21,794 nt of DNA. It comes from a virus. Taxonomy: Duplodnaviria > Heunggongvirae > Uroviricota > Caudoviricetes. The stretch lies in the IMG/VR virus record IMGVR_UViG_2737471841_000006, positions 1 to 21,794 of that record; one strand, 5' to 3'. The translations under genes were made by a program, and so were the position numbers. Each line of letters opens with the position of its first letter. Positions within the stretch are counted from its first letter, which is position 1. The notes beneath the pieces were generated by a model, which saw only the letters and a list, made by a program, of their open reading frames with translations, searched no databases and was not told where the DNA came from. Below are positions 7,797 through 15,417 of this stretch, piece by piece.

Positions 7797-7867
7797 CTTC
7801 GTATCCCCTTAACGCCGGGTGGCGGAACTGTTTGCTGAGAACACCGTGCGGTGTTTTGATGGGATGT

Positions 7868-7896
7868 AATTTAGTTTTCTCATTGTTTTTGGTCAA
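7868..7896 (-). promoter_or_regulatory. Putative sigma70 leftward early promoter (PL-like): -35 TTGACC, 17-nt spacer, -10 TAAATT on the minus strand
   Basis: Minus strand reads TTGACC(7896..7891)-17 nt-TAAATT(7873..7868), about 70 nt upstream of the ydaG-like ATG. Operator-like repeats lie in the spacer and over the -35. Confidence 0.35.
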
Positions 7897-7932
7897 GTGT
7901 TTTTGATGAGAAAACTCAATATTTGACTCAAG
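7871..7932. promoter_or_regulatory. Left operator-like cluster: repeated TGAGAAAACT / CTCAA(T/G) motifs (putative RacR binding sites)
   Basis: 7871-7885 ttagttttctcattg (reverse complement caatgagaaaactaa); 7906-7920 atgagaaaactcaat; 7927-7932 ctcaag. The 17-mer tgagaaaactcaatatt recurs exactly at 8443-8459 on the other side of racR. Confidence 0.4.
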
Positions 7933-7983
7933 ATAAAGCCAATACATTGAAATGTAAGGCTTTAAAAATTTGTGATGGGGTGA

Positions 7984-8391
7984 TTATTGATGTTTGTTAC
8001 GCTTGCGAGCTTCTAATAGCTCAGTAAATAGGCGATTAAAATTCTCAACTCGAGCGCTGAGTTCACTGATTTGTGCTTGTTGTTCGGATTTTGGAAGTGC
8101 GCGATACAGTCGCAACATCTCCAGTTCATCTTCCGATAAGTCTAAGGTGCTATTGAGTGAAACTGGGGCATCCGGAGTTTTATCCTCATCACCGAACAGT
8201 ATCCAGGTCGGTGAGCATTGTAATACCTCGGCGAGTCTATGCAAATTTTGCCCGCGCGGGGCTGTATGGTCACTTTCCCATAATGAAATTGATGAGCCAG
8301 AAACGCCAGCAGCTTTGCTTAAACCACTTTGACTTAAGCCTACCTGCTTGCGTCTTTCTCTAATTCGTTGACCTAAAGTTTTCTCGTTCAT
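7984..8391 (-). CDS. racR: Prophage repressor RacR-like (XRE-family helix-turn-helix), 135 aa from this start
   Basis: ORF MNEKTLGQRIRERRKQVGLSQSGLSKAAGVSGSSISLWESDHTAPRGQNLHRLAEVLQCSPTWILFGDED.. has a typical XRE HTH at the N-terminus. Divergent from the cro-like ydaS and flanked by operator-like repeats. Upstream in-frame ATG at 8442 (152 aa) is an alternative start; neither has a clear Shine-Dalgarno. Confidence 0.75.
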   Translation of the reverse strand: MNEKTLGQRIRERRKQVGLSQSGLSKAAGVSGSSISLWESDHTAPRGQNLHRLAEVLQCSPTWILFGDEDKTPDAPVSLNSTLDLSEDELEMLRLYRALPKSEQQAQISELSARVENFNRLFTELLEARKRNKHQ

Positions 8392-8412
8392 ATTTAGATA
8401 TCTTAATAACCC

Positions 8413-8458
8413 TTGACTTGAGATTCCTTGAGCGATTAACATTGAGAAAACTCAATAT
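8413..8458. promoter_or_regulatory. Right operator/promoter region: PR-like promoter (-35 TTGACT 8413-8418, -10 TAACAT 8437-8442) overlapped by palindrome ATTGAG-AAAA-CTCAAT (8441-8456)
   Basis: TTGAG half-sites at 8418, 8428 and 8442, with inverted CTCAAT at 8451-8456. GGAGG Shine-Dalgarno (8460-8464) and ydaS ATG (8469) follow immediately. Confidence 0.4.
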
Positions 8459-8468
8459 TGGAGGTGCA

Positions 8469-8597
8469 ATGTTTAAATCAGACGTAATTAATTATTACGG
8501 CACGAAAGCCAAAGTGGCGAAAGCTGCTGGCGTTGATCCATCTGCTGTTTCTCAATGGGGGGAAGCCGCAAACGATCGTCGGTTTCAAAATTGGTAA
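8469..8597 (+). pseudogene. ydaS: Cro-like HTH protein stub (YdaS-like), 42 aa; probably truncated at a deletion junction
   Basis: Hand translation gives MFKSDVINYYGTKAKVAKAAGVDPSAVSQWGEAANDRRFQNW then stop; not in the track (<60 aa). Good GGAGG Shine-Dalgarno. Only the HTH portion is present, a G6 run sits at 8557-8562, and a terminase frame takes over immediately. Confidence 0.5.
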
Positions 8598-9543
8598 TGC
8601 GCTGGTGGATGAACTGGACATTTTGCCGAAGGAAAAAGCCAGAACTGCGTGGCGCAAGATAATTGCGCGTATGCGTTATAAGGTTGATGGACTTCGCAAC
8701 GGTATTGACGTTACAACCACGCCAGAAGGATTCAAATTTGTCTACGAGCAGTTTGTTAAAGCCGTGCGTGAAAAAACAGAGTTGTCCTCACTGTATGGTC
8801 TGGTGCAGGCATCTACTTTCGATAATGAAAAGAACCTGCCAGCAGATTACATTCCTTCGCTTCTTGAATCATACCCTCCAGAGCTGATTAAAGCCTATCT
8901 TCGTGGACAGTTTACGAACCTGACAAGTGGTACTGTTTACCATCAGTTTGACCGGCAACTGAATAATTGCGAAGAAGTGGAGCAGCCTGGGGAGCCGATT
9001 TATATCGGGATGGATTTTAACGTTGGAAAGATGGCGGGGATCGTCCATGTGCTGCGTTTGGGTCTTCCATGTGCGGTAACTGAAATCATCAATGCCTACG
9101 ATACGCCGGATATGATCCGTATCATTAAAGAACGCTTCTGGCTGTATGACGGAAATGATTACCGGAAGGTGAGAGAAATTTATATTTATCCTGATGCCTC
9201 CGGGGATTCCCGAAAATCAAATAATGCAAGTGCGACGGATATTGCTCAGCTTAAACAGGCCGGTTTTAACGTTGTGGTGAACAGTTCGAACCCGCCAGTA
9301 AAAGATCGCGTTAACTCAATGAATGCAATGTTCTGCAATGCCAATGGCGAGCGTCGCTATAAAGTTAATGTGAAGCGTTGTCCGGTATATGCCGAATCTC
9401 TGGAGCAACAGGTCTGGGATGATAAGGGGGAGCCTGATAAAAAATCTGGCAACGATCACCCGAATGATGCAGGAGGTTATTTCATCGTTAAACAATTCCC
9501 TATTGTCAAACCGACCGGAAGAGTCACATCACTTCGGATTTAA
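8533..9543 (+). pseudogene. Terminase large subunit, N-terminally truncated fragment (Walker B-like segment plus complete nuclease domain; no Walker A)
   Basis: 336-aa frame with ALVDELD (Walker B-like) and nuclease-domain acidic motifs IYIGMDFNVG, IYPDASGD and GNDHPNDAGGY. No GxxxxGK(S/T) P-loop anywhere. Frame is open from 8488 with only a TTG at 8533. Sits directly after the cro-like stub, where replication and lysis genes would be expected. Confidence 0.6.
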
Positions 9544-9545
9544 TT

Positions 9546-9923
9546 ATGGCTGATATATCAACACCCAACCTCGACTATAACGATATGCTGGAGGCGTGGG
9601 ATATTAACGACGCACTGATGGGCGGTACGCTTGAAATGCGCAGGCAGGGAGAAAATTATCTCCCAAAATGGCCTAACGAAGATGAAGACGCTTATAAAAA
9701 ACGCCTGTCCGTGGCTACGCTACTTCCTGTGTATGAAGAAAGCATTAAGCAAAATATTGGGCGCATATTTGCAGAGCCGACAGTATTGAGTGAGGAAACG
9801 CCGGAAAAAATCAGGGAATATGCAGAAAATATCGACATGGAGGGGAGCCGACTGGATGTGTGGGCGCAGCAATTTTTCAGCCTCGCATTTCAGTATGGTG
9901 TGGCACATGCGCTGGTGGATTAA
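9546..9923 (+). CDS. Hypothetical 125-aa head-module protein; possibly the N-terminal stub of a portal protein
   Basis: ATG overlaps the terL stop (TAATTATG). Position (after terL, before scaffold-like and capsid genes) is where a 500-700 aa portal gene normally lies. No Shine-Dalgarno; followed by a strong intrinsic terminator. Confidence 0.35.
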   Translation: MADISTPNLDYNDMLEAWDINDALMGGTLEMRRQGENYLPKWPNEDEDAYKKRLSVATLLPVYEESIKQNIGRIFAEPTVLSEETPEKIREYAENIDMEGSRLDVWAQQFFSLAFQYGVAHALVD

Positions 9924-10012
9924 AGGCGAATGGTTGACACTGAAGCAACTCCGGGAGCGTGATGCTCAGGCATTCAGAAACGCAGGGATTTAAATAAATC
10001 ATTTATTACAAC

Positions 10013-10039
10013 AGGCTACCTTCGGGTGGCTTTTTTTTT
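10013..10039 (+). terminator. Rho-independent terminator (7-bp stem, UUCG tetraloop, U9 tail)
   Basis: aggctacc-ttcg-ggtggct followed by ttttttttt at 10031-10039. Confidence 0.6.
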
Positions 10040-10051
10040 GCTGCGATCCGG

Positions 10052-10861
10052 ATGGTGAGCAGCGTAACTGTCGGAAGACTTAAACCAGGTACTAATATGA
10101 AACTGAAAACGGTCGAGATTAACGGAAAACAATACGCAGAAATTGATACTGCTGGCCTTCCAGTTTATGTGCACGACGATGGTAAAGAAATCGGCTTCGA
10201 TGCACCGCTGGCGACAAAAAAAATTACAGAGCTTAATGGCGAGGCAAAAAATCATCGTCTGGCTAAAGAAGCTGCAGAGGAAAAACTGGCTAAGTTTGCC
10301 GCTATCGAAGACCCGAAGAAGGCAATCGAGGCACTGGAAATGCTGTCAAAAATCGACCAGAAAAAGCTGATCGATGCGGGACAGGTTGACCAGGTAAAGG
10401 CAGATATTACGAAAAACTTTCAGCAGCAATTAGACGAAGAAAAGCAACGCTCTCAGATGCTGGAGAAGCAGCTTTACGATTCCATGATTGGCGGTAGTTT
10501 TGCGGGGTCAAAATATATTGCCGATAAAATTGCGATCCCGGCAGATTTATTACAAGCCCGCTTCGGACAGGCATTCAAAGTGGAAGAAGGGAAGATAGTT
10601 GCCTATGACGCTTCCGGCAACAAAATTTATTCCCGCTCGAAGCCAGGCGAACTGGCGCAGTTTGATGAGGCGCTGGAGTTCCTCGTCGAAAATTACCCTC
10701 AGAAAGACTATATCCTGAAAGCCAGTGGTAACAATGGCGGCGGCTCTCGTCCGACACAGCATGATATTGGTCAGAAAACGATGAAACGCTCTGCTTTCGA
10801 TGCACTGGATGTTGCAGGTAAGCAAAATGCACTGAAAGACGGTATCACAATCGTTGATTAA
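10052..10861 (+). CDS. Putative capsid scaffolding protein (helical, charged, coiled-coil-like), 269 aa
   Basis: Lies immediately upstream of the major capsid gene. Composition is rich in E/K/A/Q with heptad-like stretches (..LAKEAAEEKLAKFAAIEDPKKAIEALEMLSKIDQKKLIDAGQVDQVKADITKNFQQQLDEEKQRSQMLEKQL..). Alternative start at ATG 10097 (MKLKT..). Confidence 0.45.
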   Translation: MVSSVTVGRLKPGTNMKLKTVEINGKQYAEIDTAGLPVYVHDDGKEIGFDAPLATKKITELNGEAKNHRLAKEAAEEKLAKFAAIEDPKKAIEALEMLSKIDQKKLIDAGQVDQVKADITKNFQQQLDEEKQRSQMLEKQLYDSMIGGSFAGSKYIADKIAIPADLLQARFGQAFKVEEGKIVAYDASGNKIYSRSKPGELAQFDEALEFLVENYPQKDYILKASGNNGGGSRPTQHDIGQKTMKRSAFDALDVAGKQNALKDGITIVD

Positions 10862-10960
10862 TACATTTGCCAGCTTCCGGATGGGAGCTGGTGTCAGGGC
10901 TGGATAGCTCACTACTCAATCCATTGAAAAATTACGCAAATTTTTAAGGAATATTTAATT

Positions 10961-12100
10961 ATGGCTGGAAATACCCTGACCGGGTTGATCCCGACTATTT
11001 ATACCGCCCTGAATGTTGTATCCCGTGAGCAGGTAGGTTTTATCCCTGCTGTAGCAAAAAACGCAAAAGCTGACGCCGCAGCAAAAGATCAGACGGTAAC
11101 CGCGCCAGTTGCACCTGAGGCGAAAACCGAAGATATCGTACCGGGGCCGTCAGCTCCGAATACCGGTGATCAAAATATTGGTACTGTTGATGTAAAAATA
11201 ACTAAATCCAAAATGGCACCGGTTAAATGGAATGGTGAAGAACAACTGGCTCTTGGCCCTTCCGGGACTTACAACACCATTCTGGCTGATCAGTTTAAGC
11301 AGGCTTTTCGCGCCCTTGCAAACGAGGTTGAGGCTGATCTTGGTGCGCTGTATTTCGGTACTTCCCGCGCCGTGGGAACTGCAGGGACAACGCCGTTTGG
11401 TGTTAAAGATGATCTTTCTGATGCTGCTTTGGCTCGCCAGGTTCTGGAGGATAACGGCGCACCGACAACCGATCTGCAGATGGTGCTTGGCTCCACTGCC
11501 ATTGCGAATTTGCGCGGAAAACAGTCTGTATTGTTTAAAGTGAATGAATCCGGCACTGAACAGCTACTGCGTGAGGGCGTGTTAGGGCGTCTGGAGGGAT
11601 TCAATATTCACAGTTCGGCAGGTGTAAAACGAGCGCCGAAGGTTGCTGCAACTGGTTATCTCGTGAATGGCGAGAAAAAAGAAGGCGATGTTCTTATTTC
11701 CATTGATACTGGTTCGGGGAGTATTTCGGCAGGTCAGATTGTTACGTTCGCTGGCGATCCGAATCAGTATGTTGTGGCAGCAGCGACCAGCAATCTGATT
11801 ACTCTTGCTGCGCCTGGACTGCGTCAGGATCTGGCCGATGATACTGTAATCACGGTTGTCGGCTCCTTTACTGCAAATATGGCGTTTGATCGCAACGCAT
11901 TTCTGCTGGCGTCCCGTACCCCGGCAATGCCGGAAGGTGGCGATAATGCTGATGATGTAATGAATGTTACGGACCCGATCTCAGGAATTACGTTCCAGAT
12001 TGCCCTGTATCGTCAGTATCGCCAGGTTCGCTATGAAGTTGGACTGGCATGGGGTGTTTCATCGGTGAAGCCGGCGCATGGTTGTCTGATTCTTGGTTAA
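10961..12100 (+). CDS. Putative major capsid (coat) protein, 379 aa
   Basis: Size and position between the scaffold-like gene and the head-tail connector genes. AAGGA upstream of the ATG. Followed by a hairpin terminator, as is common after highly expressed capsid genes. Confidence 0.6.
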   Translation: MAGNTLTGLIPTIYTALNVVSREQVGFIPAVAKNAKADAAAKDQTVTAPVAPEAKTEDIVPGPSAPNTGDQNIGTVDVKITKSKMAPVKWNGEEQLALGPSGTYNTILADQFKQAFRALANEVEADLGALYFGTSRAVGTAGTTPFGVKDDLSDAALARQVLEDNGAPTTDLQMVLGSTAIANLRGKQSVLFKVNESGTEQLLREGVLGRLEGFNIHSSAGVKRAPKVAATGYLVNGEKKEGDVLISIDTGSGSISAGQIVTFAGDPNQYVVAAATSNLITLAAPGLRQDLADDTVITVVGSFTANMAFDRNAFLLASRTPAMPEGGDNADDVMNVTDPISGITFQIALYRQYRQVRYEVGLAWGVSSVKPAHGCLILG

Positions 12101-12110
12101 ACATCCAAAC

Positions 12111-12131
12111 GGGGCTTCGGCCCCATTTTTT
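12111..12131 (+). terminator. Intrinsic terminator or attenuator after the capsid gene (GGGGC-UUCG-GCCCC then AUUUUUU)
   Basis: ggggcttcggcccc followed by attttttaa, 11 nt after the capsid stop and 13 nt before the next gene's ATG. Confidence 0.5.
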
Positions 12132-12143
12132 AATGGAGGGTAT

Positions 12144-12368
12144 ATGGCTGGATTAACTAAAGAGCAAAGAGCACAGCGTGAAGCCGCGCAAAAAAATGCA
12201 GTGGCGGAGCAGAATGTGGAGCAAATTCAGGATCCTCAAAAAACACAGATTGAGTTGGTGGTTATGATGACCGATCATCAGATGTTTCCCGGCGCACCAA
12301 CTATCGCTAATGTTCATCCTGAAGAAGTTGATAACTGGAAGGCTCTGGGCTGGAAAACTCAGGAGTAA
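12144..12368 (+). CDS. Small head-associated protein, 74 aa
   Basis: ATG 12144 preceded by GGAGGG Shine-Dalgarno (MAGLTKEQRAQREAAQKNAVAEQ..). Track ORF start at 12093 would overlap the capsid gene and terminator. Confidence 0.45.
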   Translation: MAGLTKEQRAQREAAQKNAVAEQNVEQIQDPQKTQIELVVMMTDHQMFPGAPTIANVHPEEVDNWKALGWKTQE

Positions 12369-12371
12369 CAC

Positions 12372-12767
12372 ATGATCACTTATGTGACCTGTGATGACGT
12401 TGATAATGCGCTTGGGAATGCCTGGGCGAGCGAGAACGCTAAAAATAAAGCTGTTTTAATGGCTAATGCCTGGCTTAATGGCTTCAACCTGAAAATTAAC
12501 CCATCCCGTATTCCGGAAGAGATAAAGCTTGCGGGAGCATATGCAGCCAGAAGTGCCTCTCTCGGTAAGTTGTTTCAGCAGAAAAATGATTCTGGCGTTG
12601 TTATCAGTAAAGCCGTGTCGGCTGACGGGATCAGTGTATCGAAATCATTTGCTCAGTTGCCAGCAAATAGTACTGCATTGCTTGAGCCCGATTTACAGCT
12701 TGCAATAGCACTGCTGAAACCGTACGGGCTTAGTCGCTCACAAGTCAGGGTTGTGAGGGGGGGATGA
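12372..12767 (+). CDS. Head-tail connector / adaptor protein (gp6-like), 131 aa
   Basis: AGGAG Shine-Dalgarno 6 nt upstream. Size and position are right for the first neck gene after capsid; N-terminal region looks like phage gp6-type connector proteins. Confidence 0.5.
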   Translation: MITYVTCDDVDNALGNAWASENAKNKAVLMANAWLNGFNLKINPSRIPEEIKLAGAYAARSASLGKLFQQKNDSGVVISKAVSADGISVSKSFAQLPANSTALLEPDLQLAIALLKPYGLSRSQVRVVRGG

Positions 12768-13150
12768 TGGGACTTCGTGAAGAGATTCAGTCAGAGGTTG
12801 CCGCTGCTTTTGATGAAGAGTTAGCGGACGCTGTGAGTGATTTTTCTGGTTCTTATTCTATGTACCGGTACTGGGATCCTGTGACGGAAACTGGTGACGA
12901 ATTCACAACAACCTATACCGGGCGAGGCGTGTTGGCACGTTATAAGCTGAACAGAATTGATGGGATTAATATTTTGCATGGTGACCTTAAATTAACCGTT
13001 CTGGTATGCGAGGTTACGGATAAACCCGCGGTCGGCCATATTATTGAGACTTATGATCCTGTATCAAGGCAGTTGCAACGATACGAGGTAATTACAGCGA
13101 GTGTAGATCCTTCCGCATCAGTTTACTCACTCCAGTTAAGGAGGACGTAA
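12764..13150 (+). CDS. Head closure / head-tail joining protein, 128 aa
   Basis: ATGA start/stop overlap with the upstream gene (translational coupling); neck-module position. Confidence 0.45.
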   Translation: MMGLREEIQSEVAAAFDEELADAVSDFSGSYSMYRYWDPVTETGDEFTTTYTGRGVLARYKLNRIDGINILHGDLKLTVLVCEVTDKPAVGHIIETYDPVSRQLQRYEVITASVDPSASVYSLQLRRT

Positions 13151-13531
13151 ATGGCAAAGGCATGGGATATAGAACCGTCAATATTTGCCGGGATGATTGA
13201 GGAAGATGTGGGACTGAAAATTCGCTACATCGCTATTCAGATTCTTACGGCCATTGATATTGCTGCTCCGGTTGATACCGGGCGTTTCAGAAATAACAAC
13301 CTGGTGTCGTTACAGCATCCCGATTTTGGTATATCTGATAACGTGGATCCGAACGGTACGATTGCGGTTCAGCGTGGGATCGGGGTTATTTCGAAAGCTG
13401 CAAATTACGGAATTATTTATATCCAGAATAACCTTCCTTATGCAGAGGTTCTTGAAAACGGTCATTCACAACAAGCGCCAACTGGCGTGTATGCCAATGC
13501 TTTTCATGGTGTTTTACAGGCTTACAAATGA
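13151..13531 (+). CDS. Neck protein of the HK97 gp10 family (tail completion / head-tail adaptor), 126 aa
   Basis: Contains DTGRFRNNN, resembling the DTGrLRnS signature of the HK97 gp10 family. AAGGAGG Shine-Dalgarno upstream. Confidence 0.5.
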   Translation: MAKAWDIEPSIFAGMIEEDVGLKIRYIAIQILTAIDIAAPVDTGRFRNNNLVSLQHPDFGISDNVDPNGTIAVQRGIGVISKAANYGIIYIQNNLPYAEVLENGHSQQAPTGVYANAFHGVLQAYK

Positions 13532-13920
13532 CGTTTACTGAAATCAGAAATGCTGTCATTTCCAGAATGACGGCACAGACGGTTATTGATGGAAAAGACG
13601 TATTGTATCCGAACGGGCCAACGTTCGATCCTTCCGGTAAGTTAATCTGGGCGCGGTTAAGTAATATCCCCGGTCTGGCCGGAGTTAACGAAATTGGCGC
13701 GGGGCCGGTTGTTTATCGCACGGGGATAATCATTATTCAGTTATTTGTCCCCGCTGGTTCTGGTTCAAAACTCATTACTGAGACGGCCGATACCTTGCGG
13801 GAGCTGTTTGAGTTTCAGGATGATGATCGTCTCAGTTACCAGGCCGTTTCCTCAATAGCTGTTGGCGAAAAGAATGGCTGGTTCCAGCTTAATCTTCAAA
13901 TTCCATATCGCGCACTCTAG
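13528..13920 (+). CDS. Tail terminator / tail completion protein, 130 aa
   Basis: ATGA overlap with the upstream gene; last small gene before the major tail gene. Confidence 0.45.
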   Translation: MTFTEIRNAVISRMTAQTVIDGKDVLYPNGPTFDPSGKLIWARLSNIPGLAGVNEIGAGPVVYRTGIIIIQLFVPAGSGSKLITETADTLRELFEFQDDDRLSYQAVSSIAVGEKNGWFQLNLQIPYRAL

Positions 13921-13946
13921 CGCAATTAATGACATAGGAGGCTCCT

Positions 13947-14909
13947 GTGAGTTCAGGTGCAAAGGTTATCTCGGCATTTATCCGGGAGACAGTTGCAGGC
14001 ACCACGCCAGCAAGTGGTGACTGGAGTTTATTAAAACGCACAAGCTGGGGAGTAAAACCCACCCAGAATAAAGGCGAAAATAATGAGATCGGCGGCTCCC
14101 GGATGGCTCAGGGGGCAACGCCTGGCACTGTGGATGTTGGCGGTGATGTTGGTACCAAATTTCGCTGGGGTCAACATGATGATTTTCTTGCATCCTGTTT
14201 CGGCGCGGAATGGTCAGGCGATTCTCTGACAATGGGAAATGAGCGAATAACATTTTCTCTGGCGACCTATGCGTCCGATGTCGGAATTGCCTCTGTCATC
14301 AGAGGAGCGCAGGTGGGGTCATGGAAAATGCAGATCCCTAACGATGGTGATATTACGGCGACCGTAACCTTTGCCGGGCTGGACTGGGAATCAAAGGCCG
14401 ATGATACGAATTTTATCACAGGCGAACCTGTGGATAGCGCAGGAGAGCTACGTTATTCGTTTAAGGAGGTTTCAGCAGTAAGCCTGAATGGTGTTGCCGG
14501 AGGTAACGGTTTTTGTATCGACAGTTTTGATATTCAGTTCGATAACAAACTCCAGACTCAGCGTTGTATCGGGACTGGCTCGCCTTATGCAGGAGCAAAT
14601 ATTCCTACTACCTTTACACCGTCCGGTACGGTGACGCTTTCATGGTCTAAAGCTGCGTGGGAAATCTGGAGTAAAACACTGACTGGAGAAACAGTTCCGT
14701 TCAGCTTCACGCTTTCGAATGGAGAGGGGGCATACACTTTCAGTTTTCCGAAGGTTCAGGTGTCAGGTGAATGGCCTGACGGTGGTAATACCGACATTAT
14801 CCAGGTTCAACTGAGTATTACCGCAGCAGATGAAGCGCCTACGATAACCAGAAAAAAAGCCTCTCCGGCTGCCGTGATCGCAAAAGCCAGTGCTGAGGCG
14901 ATTAGTTGA
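13947..14909 (+). CDS. Putative major tail (tube) protein, 320 aa, GTG start
   Basis: GTG 13947 preceded by AGGAGG with 5-nt spacing. Lies immediately upstream of the tail assembly chaperone and tape measure genes. Ser/Thr/Gly-rich composition; weak hairpin at 14923-14946 downstream. Confidence 0.55.
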   Translation: MSSGAKVISAFIRETVAGTTPASGDWSLLKRTSWGVKPTQNKGENNEIGGSRMAQGATPGTVDVGGDVGTKFRWGQHDDFLASCFGAEWSGDSLTMGNERITFSLATYASDVGIASVIRGAQVGSWKMQIPNDGDITATVTFAGLDWESKADDTNFITGEPVDSAGELRYSFKEVSAVSLNGVAGGNGFCIDSFDIQFDNKLQTQRCIGTGSPYAGANIPTTFTPSGTVTLSWSKAAWEIWSKTLTGETVPFSFTLSNGEGAYTFSFPKVQVSGEWPDGGNTDIIQVQLSITAADEAPTITRKKASPAAVIAKASAEAIS

Positions 14910-14955
14910 TTTTCCGTTATTTCCCCTGTGGTGTTGCACTACAGGGACGTTTTGA

Positions 14956-15417
14956 ATGAGGTTATGGATGTTTATTCTTAATCAGAAAATTATCATCGGT
15001 GGAGAACGCTGGTTTACGCCAATGAAGGACTTAAAACCTGTAGATGGGTTAAAACTGTTGGTGGCAAGCAGCGATAACGATCAGTATCGCTCCCGTAATG
15101 CATTAATCCGTCGTCACATAGAGAAAATGGATGCCAGTTTGCATGTCGGAACGAAAGAATTTGATATTGCAAAGGTCGACGAGGTGGATTCTGTTGATGA
15201 TTTACTTATTGATAACGCCGCTCGTTATTTACTGAAAGACTGGAAAGGGGTTGGTGAACTGGTGGATGGGGTTGAGGTCGCGCTGGAATATACACCAGAG
15301 CGAGGGGCCACGCTGCTCAAGCAGAATCCAGAGTTGTACTGGCAAATTCTTGCTGAAGCCGCCAGCATCGCCCAGGGAAAAGAGCAGCAGAAGCAGGATA
15401 CGATAAAAAAGCCATAG
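14956..15417 (+). CDS. Tail assembly chaperone (lambda gpG analogue), zero-frame product, 153 aa
   Basis: Gene directly upstream of the tape measure module, ending 6 nt after a canonical slippery heptamer. AGGGA 8 nt upstream of the ATG. Alternative starts at 14968 or 15022. Confidence 0.6.
   Translation: MRLWMFILNQKIIIGGERWFTPMKDLKPVDGLKLLVASSDNDQYRSRNALIRRHIEKMDASLHVGTKEFDIAKVDEVDSVDDLLIDNAARYLLKDWKGVGELVDGVEVALEYTPERGATLLKQNPELYWQILAEAASIAQGKEQQKQDTIKKP

Noticed and set aside
7994-8363. Plus-strand ORFs (112 aa, 68 aa) inside racR
   Set aside because: Antisense to the repressor gene, which has a clear XRE HTH; shadow ORFs.
8663-10370. Short ORFs overlapping terL, the portal-like stub and the scaffold-like gene (8663..8887 +, 9720..9908 -, 9790..9993 +, 10016..10255 -, 10143..10370 +)
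   Set aside because: Alternative frames or antisense to better-supported genes. The 9790..9993 frame was considered as a frameshifted continuation of the portal-like stub, but it runs into the terminator and shows no structural-protein features.
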